Shown here: piece after piece, positions 50,343-59,421 of the stretch
How positions within the stretch are numbered: position 1 is the stretch's first letter
Layout: every line of letters begins with the position of its first letter
NCBI GenBank assembly: GCA_977020255.1
Contig: CDROCS010005135.1
Span: 62,001 to 126,000 of the forward strand
Direction of reading: 5' to 3'
Origin: Obrimoposthia wandeli
Lineage: Eukaryota
DNA length: 64,000 nucleotides
The notes under the pieces: generated by a model
The model's database searches: none
What the model saw: the letters and a program-made list of their open reading frames with translations, nothing else
Told to the model about the DNA's origin: nothing
Program-made: the position numbers and the translations under genes

Positions 50343-53240
50343 ATGGAAATAAATATGAACAATGTGTTTGATTTAGACGAGCTAAAGCTTGCTTCTAATA
50401 TACCTGTGGTTAACGAGTTATATGACTTAACACCTGATGAACTTTTACTTAGCCAAGAGCATTATGAATCAGAGGTGCGCTCATACCCAAGACGTTTACC
50501 TCTAGCCATCGCTAAAGCGGCTGGTGTTATGGTTGAAGATACACGAGGTCAACTCTTTATAGATTGCCTTGCTGGCGCTGGCACACTTGCGCTTGGTTAT
50601 AATCATCCTGAAATTAACCAAGCAATTATTGACCAGCTACACGCGGGTTTGCCTTATCAGACGCTAGATTTAACAACACCAACAAAAGATAAATTTATCA
50701 AAGAAGTGATGAATTTCTTACCTGATGAATTGGCGAATAATGCGTGTATCCAATTCTGCGGCCCATCAGGTGCAGATGCCGTTGAAGCGGCAATTAAACT
50801 TGCGAAACAAACCACTGGTCGAAATACAATGGCTGCGTTCCATGGTGCCTACCATGGAATGACGAACGGCACGATGGCAATGATGGGTAATCTAAATACC
50901 AAATCGCGTCGTCAGGGGCTGATGTCAGATGTCCATTTTTTACCATTCCCATATAGCCTACGTTGCCCATTTGGTTTAAAAGGCGACGAAGGTGCAAAAC
51001 AGAGTATACGTTATATCGAGCGTATGCTGAGCGATGATGAAAGTGGTGTTCAAAAACCCGCAGCAATTATCGTTGAACCCGTGCAAGGCGAAGGTGGTGT
51101 TATTCCTGCCCCTGTATTCTGGTTACAAGAATTACGCCGTATTACCAAAGAGCAGGGTATTCTGCTTATTTTGGATGAAATTCAATGTGGTATTGGGAAA
51201 ACAGGCCATAACTTTGCCTTTGAAGAAGCAGGTATTACGCCTGATATTCTGTGTTTGTCTAAAGCCGTTGGTGGCGGACTGCCGATGTCGTTGCTTATTT
51301 TTAATAAGTCGATCGATACTTGGCTACCCGGTGAACATACAGGCACATTTCGCGGTAACCAACTTGCGATGGCAACAGGTGCGACAGCATTACAAATTAT
51401 TCGTCGTGATAATTTGGTCGATCATGCTCAAAAAGCCGGACAGTACTTACGCGAAGGCATTGAACGCATAGCCCAATACACGGATTGTATTGCTGAAGTG
51501 CGTGGTAAAGGTTTGATGTTAGGTGTTGAAATTGTAAAACCTAACGGTGCTAAAAATAAATTTGGTGAACCTGAAGCTGATCCAGAATTAACGGTTAACA
51601 TTCAACGTGCAGCTCTTGAGCGTGGATTGATTGTTGAAAAAGGTGGTCGTCAGGGCTCTGTACTGCGTTTCCTTCCTCCTCTGATTATTACTTTCGAGCA
51701 AATTGACTTTGTGCTTGATGCGTTAAGCAAAGCGATTATTGCAACGGCTGGTCCTGCTAAAATTGTTGAGCCTGTAACGGCTAATGATCAAGACGATTGG
51801 CGTTCATATTTCATCCATACCGGTGACGGTGGGGCTGACCAGTTTGAAAAAGTACTGAATAAGACGACCCAAGTGCTGAAAAATGTATTTGAAGGAACAA
51901 TGGCACCCTATTCAGGGTTAGATCCTGAAGTCTTGAAATCGATGATTTATAACATCGACCTTGATCACCAGCAGCTTCCGATTGAAACCGTTATTGAGCA
52001 AACCGGCGAGCTTATCGCTAAAAACTCAATCATGGTTCAACATCCACATTGTATCGCTCATCTACATACGCCGCCTTTGTTGCCTGCAATTGCCGCTGAA
52101 GCCTTTATTGCGTCGTTAAATCAATCGATGGATTCATGGGATCAGGCGAGTTCAGCAACTTTTGTAGAACAAAAAGTTGTTGATTGGCTATGTGGTGTTT
52201 ATGCGCTAGGCGAACAAGCGGACGGCGTATTCACCAGTGGCGGAACTCAAAGTAATTTGATGGGGCTGCTATTAGCCCGTGATTGGGCGGCAGATACCAT
52301 TTCGGGTCACAATATCCAGAAAAATGGCTTGCCAGAGTATGCGTCGAAAATGCGCATATTGTGCTCGAAAAAATCACATTTCACGGTGCAAAAATCAGCG
52401 TCATTAATGGGGTTAGGTGAACACGCAGTAGAGTGTATTGATACCAACCCTGATGGCACCATTAAGATTGCAGCATTGGTAAAAACGATAGAGACATTAA
52501 AGAGTGAAGGCTTATTGCCATTTGCTTTAGTCGGTACAGCAGGTACAACCGATCACGGTGCCATTGATGATTTAGCCAATATGGCTGATATTGCAGAGCA
52601 ACATAACCTGTGGTTGCATGTTGATGCGGCTTACGGTGGTGCACTTATTCTAAGTCGTCACAAAACACGTTTGTACGGTATTGAAAAAGCAGATTCTGTG
52701 AGTGTAGACTTCCACAAGTTATTCTTCCAACCAATCAGCTGTGGTGCGGTATTACTGAAAGACAAAGAGAACTTTAAGTACCTATTACACCATGCCGATT
52801 ACCTGAATCGTGAAGATGATTTACTGCCAAATCTTGTTGATAAATCGATTGCAACAACGAAGCGCTTTGATGCATTAAAAGTATTGATGACAATGCAGTG
52901 TGTGGGTACGCAAGCCCTTGGTGGTATGTATGACCATCTGTTAGGGCAAACACAGCAAGTTGCCGATTTGATCAACAATCGCAATGAATTCGAATTACTG
53001 GCAGACCCTGCATTATCAACGGTGTTATTCCGTTATGTGGGTGAAAAGTCAGATGCCGATATCGACTTACTGAATAAAAAAATCCGCGTGGAAGCACTCG
53101 TTAAAGGTGTTGCGGTACTGGGCGAAACGGTTGTCGACGGTAAGATCGCGTTAAAGTTCACGATTCTAAATCCTTGTTTAACAATGGCTGATTTTGAACT
53201 ATTGCTAAATAATATCAATCAGTTGGCTTTAACGTTGTAA
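50343..53240 (+). CDS. Fused diaminobutyrate aminotransferase / diaminobutyrate decarboxylase (DABA AT/DC)
   Basis: Class III aminotransferase (DEIQCG, LSKAVGGG, GTFRGNQ) fused to group II decarboxylase (FTSGGTQSN, HVDAAYGG, DFHK). Confidence 0.93.
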   Translation: MEINMNNVFDLDELKLASNIPVVNELYDLTPDELLLSQEHYESEVRSYPRRLPLAIAKAAGVMVEDTRGQLFIDCLAGAGTLALGYNHPEINQAIIDQLHAGLPYQTLDLTTPTKDKFIKEVMNFLPDELANNACIQFCGPSGADAVEAAIKLAKQTTGRNTMAAFHGAYHGMTNGTMAMMGNLNTKSRRQGLMSDVHFLPFPYSLRCPFGLKGDEGAKQSIRYIERMLSDDESGVQKPAAIIVEPVQGEGGVIPAPVFWLQELRRITKEQGILLILDEIQCGIGKTGHNFAFEEAGITPDILCLSKAVGGGLPMSLLIFNKSIDTWLPGEHTGTFRGNQLAMATGATALQIIRRDNLVDHAQKAGQYLREGIERIAQYTDCIAEVRGKGLMLGVEIVKPNGAKNKFGEPEADPELTVNIQRAALERGLIVEKGGRQGSVLRFLPPLIITFEQIDFVLDALSKAIIATAGPAKIVEPVTANDQDDWRSYFIHTGDGGADQFEKVLNKTTQVLKNVFEGTMAPYSGLDPEVLKSMIYNIDLDHQQLPIETVIEQTGELIAKNSIMVQHPHCIAHLHTPPLLPAIAAEAFIASLNQSMDSWDQASSATFVEQKVVDWLCGVYALGEQADGVFTSGGTQSNLMGLLLARDWAADTISGHNIQKNGLPEYASKMRILCSKKSHFTVQKSASLMGLGEHAVECIDTNPDGTIKIAALVKTIETLKSEGLLPFALVGTAGTTDHGAIDDLANMADIAEQHNLWLHVDAAYGGALILSRHKTRLYGIEKADSVSVDFHKLFFQPISCGAVLLKDKENFKYLLHHADYLNREDDLLPNLVDKSIATTKRFDALKVLMTMQCVGTQALGGMYDHLLGQTQQVADLINNRNEFELLADPALSTVLFRYVGEKSDADIDLLNKKIRVEALVKGVAVLGETVVDGKIALKFTILNPCLTMADFELLLNNINQLALTL

Positions 53241-53314
53241 CGCAAAAAAGATAAATAATTTCCCTTCTTTTTAGAAGAGGGGAAATATTCTGATTTCAGG
53301 CAATTCTCAAGAAG

Positions 53315-53406
53315 TTGTCGAATATATTTCAAAGTAACGATTTTAACCAGCAAGAATGATCAGGTACTTATTTAGGTTGGTATAAATTGTCGAATATATT
53401 TCAAAG
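53315..53406. repeat. Perfect 20-bp direct repeat TTGTCGAATATATTTCAAAG, 72-bp period
   Basis: Copies at 53315-53334 and 53387-53406. Confidence 0.9.
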
Positions 53407-53432
53407 AACACATAGACGGAATACAAAAAAAT

Positions 53433-54677
53433 ATGGCTATTTTACAAATTGGTGCAGGTGGTGTTGGTTGGGTTATCGCGCATAAAGCGGCTCAGAATAA
53501 TGACGTTTTAGGTGATATCACCATTGCATCTCGTACAGTTAGCAAGTGTGAAAAAATCATCGAGTCAATTAAAGGGCGTAATAACCTAAAAGACACGACT
53601 AAAAAACTAGAATCACGTGCAGTCAATGCAGATGACGTTGATGCACTAGTTGCACTGATCAAAGAAGTTCAGCCTGATTTAGTGGTTAATGCGGGCCCTC
53701 CTTGGGTTAACGTTGCCATTATGGAAGCGTGTTACCAAGCTAAAGTATCGTATCTTGATACATCTGTAGCGGTAGACTTGTGCAGTGAAGGTCAGCAAGT
53801 ACCTGAAGCTTATGACCCACAGTGGGCATTCCGTGAGAAATTCGCAGAGGCGGGTATCACTGGTATTCTTGGTGCTGGTTTTGATCCAGGTGTTGTCAGT
53901 GTATTTGCAGCTTATGCGGTTAAGCACTTATTCGATGAAATCGATACAATCGACGTAATGGACGTGAACGCAGGTGATCACGGTAAGAAGTTCGCAACGA
54001 ACTTTGACCCTGAAACAAACATGCTAGAAATTCAAGGTGATTCTTTCTACTGGGAAAACCAAGAGTGGAAACAAGTACCTTGCCATACTCGTATGCTTGA
54101 GTTTGATTTCCCTAATTGTGGCAGCCATAAAGTGTACTCAATGGCGCACGATGAAGTCCGTTCAATGAAGGAGTTTATTCCTGCGAATCGTATCGAATTC
54201 TGGATGGGCTTTGGTGATACTTACCTGACTTACTTTAACTGTATGCGTGATATTGGTCTATTAAGTCCAAATCCAGTAACGCTTCAAGATGGTACTGTTG
54301 TAGAGCCGCTTAAAGTGCTGAAAGCTATTTTGCCTGATCCAACATCATTAGCACCGGGTTACACGGGATTAACGTGTATCGGTACTTGGGTTCAAGGTAT
54401 TAAAGACGGTGAGCCACGTAGTGTCTTCATCTACAATAATGCCGATCATGAAGTCGCTTATAAAGATGTTGAACACCAAGCGATCTCTTACACTACGGGT
54501 GTACCAGCCATTACAGCTGCACTTATGTACTTCCGTAACGAGTGGAGCGGTAAAGGTGTATTCAACATGGAACAGTTGAATCCTGACCCATTCCTAGAAC
54601 TAATGCCAACAATTGGTCTTGATTGGCATGTACAGGAATTGCCAGTAGCACAGCCTGAGATTAAGATTCTAAAATAA
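53433..54677 (+). CDS. Carboxynorspermidine dehydrogenase
   Basis: Saccharopine dehydrogenase family (IGAGGVG, GFDPGV, NFDPETN); between DABA AT/DC and nspC. Confidence 0.92.
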   Translation: MAILQIGAGGVGWVIAHKAAQNNDVLGDITIASRTVSKCEKIIESIKGRNNLKDTTKKLESRAVNADDVDALVALIKEVQPDLVVNAGPPWVNVAIMEACYQAKVSYLDTSVAVDLCSEGQQVPEAYDPQWAFREKFAEAGITGILGAGFDPGVVSVFAAYAVKHLFDEIDTIDVMDVNAGDHGKKFATNFDPETNMLEIQGDSFYWENQEWKQVPCHTRMLEFDFPNCGSHKVYSMAHDEVRSMKEFIPANRIEFWMGFGDTYLTYFNCMRDIGLLSPNPVTLQDGTVVEPLKVLKAILPDPTSLAPGYTGLTCIGTWVQGIKDGEPRSVFIYNNADHEVAYKDVEHQAISYTTGVPAITAALMYFRNEWSGKGVFNMEQLNPDPFLELMPTIGLDWHVQELPVAQPEIKILK

Positions 54678-54759
54678 CGACTTATAGTTGTTATATCGAA
54701 TTAATCATTAGAGCCGGTGTGTAAACATCGGCTTTATTCCGTCTACGCGGGTAGTAAAA

Positions 54760-55893
54760 ATGCAGAAGAATGATTTAAAGACGCCTTACTTCATGATTGA
54801 TGAAAGTAAGCTGGTAGCAAATTTAGAAAAAGCAAAACTGTTAAAAGATCTTTCTGGTGTGAAGTTGGTCTTGGCACTGAAATGTTTTTCTACATGGGGT
54901 GTGTTTGACCTTATTAAGCCGTACCTTGATGGTACGACAAGCAGTGGCCCTTATGAAGTGAAGCTGGGCTATGAAACGTTTGGCGGTGAAACACATGCTT
55001 ACAGCGTGGGTTACAGTGAAGATGATGTGAAAGATGTCGCTGAAATCTGCGATAAGATGATTTTCAACTCGCAAAATCAGTTAGCAGCTTATCGTCATTT
55101 GGTTGAAGGTAAAGCGTCTCTTGGTTTACGTCTAAATCCTGGTGTTAGCTATGCTGGGCAAGATTTAGCTAATCCGGCACGAAAATATTCACGTCTTGGT
55201 GTTCAGTGGGATCATATTGATGCCGTAGTCTTTGATAATCTTGACGGCGTCATGTTCCATATGAACTGTGAGAACAAAGATGAAGATGCATTCATCAGAT
55301 TATTGAATGACATCTCAGATAAGTTTGGTGAGCATCTAGATACCCTGGATTGGGTAAGCCTTGGTGGTGGGGTATTCTTCACTTGGCCGGGTTACAACAT
55401 CGAAAAGCTTGCGGCTGCCTTGAAAATGTTTTCTGAAAAGCATGATGTTCAGCTATACCTTGAGCCTGGTGAAGCGATTATTACTAAAACTGCTGATCTG
55501 GTCGTGACAGTAGTCGATATTGTCGAAAATGAGATAAAAACGGCAATCGTAGATAGTGCAACAGAAGCACACCGTTTAGATACGCTAATTTATGATGAGC
55601 CAGCCTCGATTGCTGAAGCAAGCGAGCAGGGTGAGCATCAGTACGTTATTGGTAGTTGTTCTTGTTTAGCGGGTGATCAGTTTTGTGTAACCCAGTTTGA
55701 TGAGCCATTGAAGGTTGGTCAGCGTTTACATATCACAGATAGTGCAGGTTATACGATGGTGAAATTAAACTGGTTTAATGGTTTGAAGATGCCATCTATT
55801 TACTGTGAACGTGCAAATGGTGAAATAGAGAAGTTGAATGAATTCGGTTACGACGATTTTAAACGATCTTTGTCACAATGGTCGGTGTCATAA
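54760..55893 (+). CDS. nspC: Carboxynorspermidine decarboxylase
   Basis: LALKCFS, MFHMNCE, YLEPGEA, SCLAGD. Confidence 0.93.
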   Translation: MQKNDLKTPYFMIDESKLVANLEKAKLLKDLSGVKLVLALKCFSTWGVFDLIKPYLDGTTSSGPYEVKLGYETFGGETHAYSVGYSEDDVKDVAEICDKMIFNSQNQLAAYRHLVEGKASLGLRLNPGVSYAGQDLANPARKYSRLGVQWDHIDAVVFDNLDGVMFHMNCENKDEDAFIRLLNDISDKFGEHLDTLDWVSLGGGVFFTWPGYNIEKLAAALKMFSEKHDVQLYLEPGEAIITKTADLVVTVVDIVENEIKTAIVDSATEAHRLDTLIYDEPASIAEASEQGEHQYVIGSCSCLAGDQFCVTQFDEPLKVGQRLHITDSAGYTMVKLNWFNGLKMPSIYCERANGEIEKLNEFGYDDFKRSLSQWSVS

Positions 55894-55948
55894 ACGTTTA
55901 AGTACTAACGTTTAAGTGCAAGCGTTTAAGTACAAGCGTATAAGCCCA
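55893..55948. repeat. 4 x 14-bp imperfect tandem repeat
   Basis: AACGTTTAAGTACT / AACGTTTAAGTGCA / AGCGTTTAAGTACA / AGCGTATAAGCCCA. Confidence 0.8.
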
Positions 55949-55959
55949 TTATTATAAAG

Positions 55960-55983
55960 AAGATCGGTGAACGGTCTTTTTTA
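55960..55983 (+). terminator. Terminator of the norspermidine operon
   Basis: AAGATCG-GTGAA-CGGTCTT plus T-run. Confidence 0.65.
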
Positions 55984-56129
55984 TGTTTTTGAAAATGTTA
56001 TTTTTTGGCTGTAACAAAGGCTTTATTTTAATTTTCTCCATGGAGGTGTTAATTTGAGCGAATTTTGCGTTGTTTTTAGCAGGTTTAGATAAAAAATAAT
56101 CATTTGAATTAAAACAATAAAATTTCCTA

Positions 56130-56157
56130 TTGACTCATTTTCTGAATCAAGTAAAGT
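56130..56157 (+). promoter_or_regulatory. Stable-RNA promoter of tRNA locus 2
   Basis: TTGACT-16 nt-TAAAGT with an AT-rich UP element. Confidence 0.8.
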
Positions 56158-56231
56158 ACGTGCCATACCGCAGCGGGGTTACCCACTACGGTTCGTATAT
56201 TGAGTTTATCTCGAAAACTTAAAATACATAT

Positions 56232-56305
56232 GGCGCGTTGGCAGAGTGGCTATGCAGCGGATTGCAAATCCGTGTACCTCGGTTCGACTCCGGGACGCGC
56301 CTCCA
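56232..56305 (+). tRNA. tRNA-Cys(GCA)
   Basis: 74-nt cloverleaf, CCA end. Confidence 0.96.
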
Positions 56306-56412
56306 AATTTTGTACTAACGGTCATGTTACATTGGCAGACCGTTATAAAGATGGTGTCTAACCGCTTTTTATAAAGCACATTGGTTAGGAGCATCGCAAT
56401 AAAGAATTGCGT

Positions 56413-56499
56413 GCCCTGGTGGTGGAATTGGTAGACACAAGGGATTTAAAATCCCTCGGCGTTCGCGCTGTGCCGGTTCAAGTCCGGCCCGGGGCACCA
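56413..56499 (+). tRNA. tRNA-Leu(TAA)
   Basis: Identical to the 47871 copy. Confidence 0.96.
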
Positions 56500-56541
56500 T
56501 CTATTAAAGCCTGAGATTCTCTGAAAAGAAGGTTTCAGCAT

Positions 56542-56632
56542 GCGACACTAGGTCAGCTGATAGAACGCAACCTTGCCAAGGTTTAGGTTACGGATAGCTT
56601 CTCGAAGATCGAGAGCCTCGTGTGTCGCTCCA
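56542..56632 (+). pseudogene. tRNA-Gly(GCC)-like element with ~15 extra nt in the T-arm
   Basis: 91 nt; acceptor GCGACAC/GTGTCGC-TCCA intact; hairpin TCTCGA-AGA-TCGAGA replaces the T-loop. Confidence 0.8.
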
Positions 56633-56738
56633 AATTTTGTACTAACGGTCACGTTACATTGGCAGACCGTTATAAAGATGGTGTCTAACCGCTTTTATAA
56701 AGCACATTGGTTAGGAGCATCGCAATAAAGAATTGCGT

Positions 56739-56825
56739 GCCCTGGTGGTGGAATTGGTAGACACAAGGGATTTAAAATCCCTCGGCGTTCGCGCTGTGCC
56801 GGTTCAAGTCCGGCCCGGGGCACCA
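56739..56825 (+). tRNA. tRNA-Leu(TAA)
   Basis: Identical copy in the tandemly duplicated unit. Confidence 0.96.
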
Positions 56826-56867
56826 TCTATTAAAGCCTGAGATTCTCTGAAAAGAGAGTATCAGCAT

Positions 56868-56958
56868 GCGACACTGGTTTAGCGGGTAGAACGCAACCTT
56901 GCCAAGGTTGAGGTTAAGGCTAGCTTCTCGAAGATCGAGAGCCTCGTGTGTCGCTCCA
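56868..56958 (+). pseudogene. Second tRNA-Gly(GCC)-like element with the same T-arm insertion
   Basis: 91 nt; D-stem GTTT/GAAC and anticodon stem CAACC/GGTTG pair; 3' portion identical to the 56542 copy. Confidence 0.8.
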
Positions 56959-56964
56959 AATACG

Positions 56965-56993
56965 AAGCCCTGACAGAAATGTCGGGGCTTTTT
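56965..56993 (+). terminator. Terminator of tRNA locus 2
   Basis: AAGCCCTGACAGAAATGTCGGGGCTTTTT, homologous to the locus-1 terminator. Confidence 0.88.
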
Positions 56994-57356
56994 ATTGTCC
57001 AAAATTTGAGCCGCGTCAATATCATCTTCAATGTGTCACTTGCACAGCGGTACGCACAGCAGTTTGTTGTTGCCATAAATTAGAATACTCCCACATCAAA
57101 TTGTCTATATTTATGAATAGAATATACAGGGTGATATAAAGAAGGTTATGAAAGTGAGACTGGCTTATTGGTCGAATTTACCATTCTGTCTACCTCCTGT
57201 TCCCAGTGCGAGGTCATGGGTAGAAAATTTGCAGTATAAGCTTGCTTGAAAGTAGGTGCATTAATTGCCAGTGCAGTCACTGAGGGGTGGACAAGAGATC
57301 TCGTTGCCCATAACGGGCATGGCCCGTTTCATGGAATGGGACGATTCAAACAAGGT

Positions 57357-57381
57357 CACCCCAATAGTCGATATTGGGGTG
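57357..57381 (-). terminator. Hairpin after dsbA
   Basis: CACCCCAATA-GTCGA-TATTGGGGTG 10-bp stem; weak U-tract. Confidence 0.6.
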
Positions 57382-57391
57382 ATTTGTAAAA

Positions 57392-57994
57392 CTACTTCTT
57401 AAGCAGATAATTTACTAGCGAAAAATACTCTTCGTAGCTTTTAATTTTGTCCGGTTTAACAACGTATTTGTTATTCACAATCACACCGGGGACGCCCGTT
57501 AATGTACTTGACTTAAATTGCTTATCGAAGCGTTTTTGCATTGAATCAACGGCGAAGCCATTGTACGCCGCATCGAAATCCTTCGCATCAATACCATTAT
57601 CTAGGAAGACCTGACGCAATTCCGCTTCGTCTTTAGGTGTTTGTTTAAGATCATGTATTTGTCTAAACATCATCGGAATCATTTTTTCATCAACGCCTAG
57701 TGTAACCATAGTGGCATAAGCTTTTGCCATTGGCACCGCCATATCATTTCCCATAAAGGCAACGTGAATTTTCTGGAAATTGGCGGTGTCCGGAATGTTA
57801 TTTTTAAGCGCACCGATAACATTCTCGAACTTGTAGCAATGTGGGCAGTAAAAAGAAAAATATTCTGTCACTGTTGGCTTAGATGATTTTTCTAAATCTA
57901 ATGTTGTGTAGTAATCACCATCTGTAAATTGAACTGCTTGTGCAGAAACACTGAGCACTAGAGTTGCAAACAGCGCAAATAATTTTTTCATCAA
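57392..57994 (-). CDS. dsbA: Thiol:disulfide interchange protein DsbA
   Basis: Signal peptide, [11 protein letters not shown] active site, [11 protein letters not shown] cis-Pro motif. Confidence 0.93.
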   Translation of the reverse strand: MMKKLFALFATLVLSVSAQAVQFTDGDYYTTLDLEKSSKPTVTEYFSFYCPHCYKFENVIGALKNNIPDTANFQKIHVAFMGNDMAVPMAKAYATMVTLGVDEKMIPMMFRQIHDLKQTPKDEAELRQVFLDNGIDAKDFDAAYNGFAVDSMQKRFDKQFKSSTLTGVPGVIVNNKYVVKPDKIKSYEEYFSLVNYLLKK

Positions 57995-58125
57995 TTCTTC
58001 TCCAATTAAGACAGGTAATCGTGTAAACGTAATTCATTCAATACAATGAATGAGGCACACAAAAAACGCGTCTTTTTAAAACGTAAAATAGGGTTAAAGT
58101 TTGGTTTGGTAAAAGTAAACGGAGG

Positions 58126-58488
58126 CTAAACGATTGGAGGTTTATATAGCGCTCTTGCAAATGCACTGGTAGTCATGTCTGCTTCGGTACGTATTAAAGC
58201 GAAGCTATAAGGCTGCAATAGGATTTTGGTCGCGGATTCAGTGACAGGAAAACTGAGTAGGCACATCGCACTACAGCAGTGATGAATGGATCCTATCTCT
58301 TCAGGCGGTTGGTTTTTATCGTAATTTGCACTGGTGAAATGGACGGTGGCAACCGTTGTGTGTTCTGCGGTAGCCGAGATAGATGTCTCTTGAATTGGTA
58401 TCAGCGGTGCACAGTTTGCAACACTAGCTAGCATTAAAGCTATTAGTGTGACGCACGTAATCCAAATTGTCCGAGTCATCTTCAACAT
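58126..58488 (-). CDS. Secreted His/Cys-motif protein with C-terminal KPP (DUF2946-like upstream ORF)
   Basis: Signal-like N-terminus, HHCCSAMC, ends RALYKPPIV; start ATG 58488 or 58479. Confidence 0.75.
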   Translation of the reverse strand: MLKMTRTIWITCVTLIALMLASVANCAPLIPIQETSISATAEHTTVATVHFTSANYDKNQPPEEIGSIHHCCSAMCLLSFPVTESATKILLQPYSFALIRTEADMTTSAFARALYKPPIV

Positions 58489-58825
58489 CAAATCTTCATC
58501 ACGGGAGTGAAGGAGGCCCAATAATAACCGACAAGTGGGCGTTAGTGTCAAGATCATTTATAAAACAGTTCGATTCAGGTAGAACATTTAAAATATCACA
58601 CACTGAATAGCCACCTGATTAAAGAAATATTTTGTTGTTAACTCATAATCTCAATCCGTTGACTTCGGGACGCGCCTTCATACAATTGTGATATGGAACA
58701 TTTCAATCTATTCTGTTTTATTCTATGCGGCTTGGAAGGCTAATGGTTTATTGTGCGATATGTGGCCAGAGTAATCGTCTACGTACGCTTTTAAAGCACT
58801 TGAATCAAAACAATAAAATTTTTTA

Positions 58826-58853
58826 TTGACTCATTTTGTTAATCAGTTAAAGT
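58826..58853 (+). promoter_or_regulatory. Stable-RNA promoter of tRNA locus 3
   Basis: TTGACT-16 nt-TAAAGT; UP element homologous to that of locus 2. Confidence 0.8.
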
Positions 58854-58994
58854 ACGTCTCGTTCTCAGGGATGCTTCCCTAGAAAAAGAATTTTGTAGTA
58901 TTGAAACTTCTAATGTTGAAGATTGATGCTAAAGATGGTGTCTGACCGCTTTTATAAAGCACATGGTTAGGAGCATCGCAATAAAGAATTGCGT

Positions 58995-59081
58995 GCCCTG
59001 GTGGTGGAATTGGTAGACACAAGGGATTTAAAATCCCTCGGCGTTCGCGCTGTGCCGGTTCAAGTCCGGCCCGGGGCACCA
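58995..59081 (+). tRNA. tRNA-Leu(TAA)
   Basis: Identical copy. Confidence 0.96.
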
Positions 59082-59141
59082 TCTATTATTTATCGTTACC
59101 AATAAGCGATAAAGTTAAGTTAATGACTTAGCCATAAATAT

Positions 59142-59215
59142 GGCGCGTTGGCAGAGTGGCTATGCAGCGGATTGCAAATCCGTGTACCTCGGTTCGACTC
59201 CGGGACGCGCCTCCA
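59142..59215 (+). tRNA. tRNA-Cys(GCA)
   Basis: Identical to the 56232 copy. Confidence 0.96.
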
Positions 59216-59220
59216 TATAA

Positions 59221-59252
59221 AAAAGCCCGATACGATTGTATCGGGCTTTTTT
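59221..59252. terminator. Bidirectional terminator after tRNA locus 3
   Basis: AAAAGCCCGATAC-GATT-GTATCGGGCTTTT. Confidence 0.9.
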
Positions 59253-59421
59253 ATTTTCAGTGTGAAATTATAGCCTCCCTCTGTCGTGCATTTTTTACCG
59301 CGTTTTTCGCCACTGTCCTATATTTCGCCACTATCCTATATGTAGCAGAACAACATAAACATTCTGTTCCCAATATCGGGCAATTTCATGGCTATTGTTA
59401 CTTGCTGTATTAGATGTTTTA

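Larger units (their letters stand above)
56306..56958 (+). repeat. Tandem duplication of a ~327-bp unit (spacer-Leu-spacer-Gly*)
   Basis: Units 56306-56632 and 56633-56958. Confidence 0.9.

Noticed and set aside
53315-55948. CRISPR array suggested by the direct and tandem repeats
   Set aside because: Only two 20-bp copies or contiguous 14-mers, no unique spacers of regular length and no cas genes
48090-56130. Genomic island bounded by tRNA direct repeats
   Set aside because: No integrase, and the norspermidine operon is a typical Vibrionaceae core pathway; only the PfoR segment looks foreign
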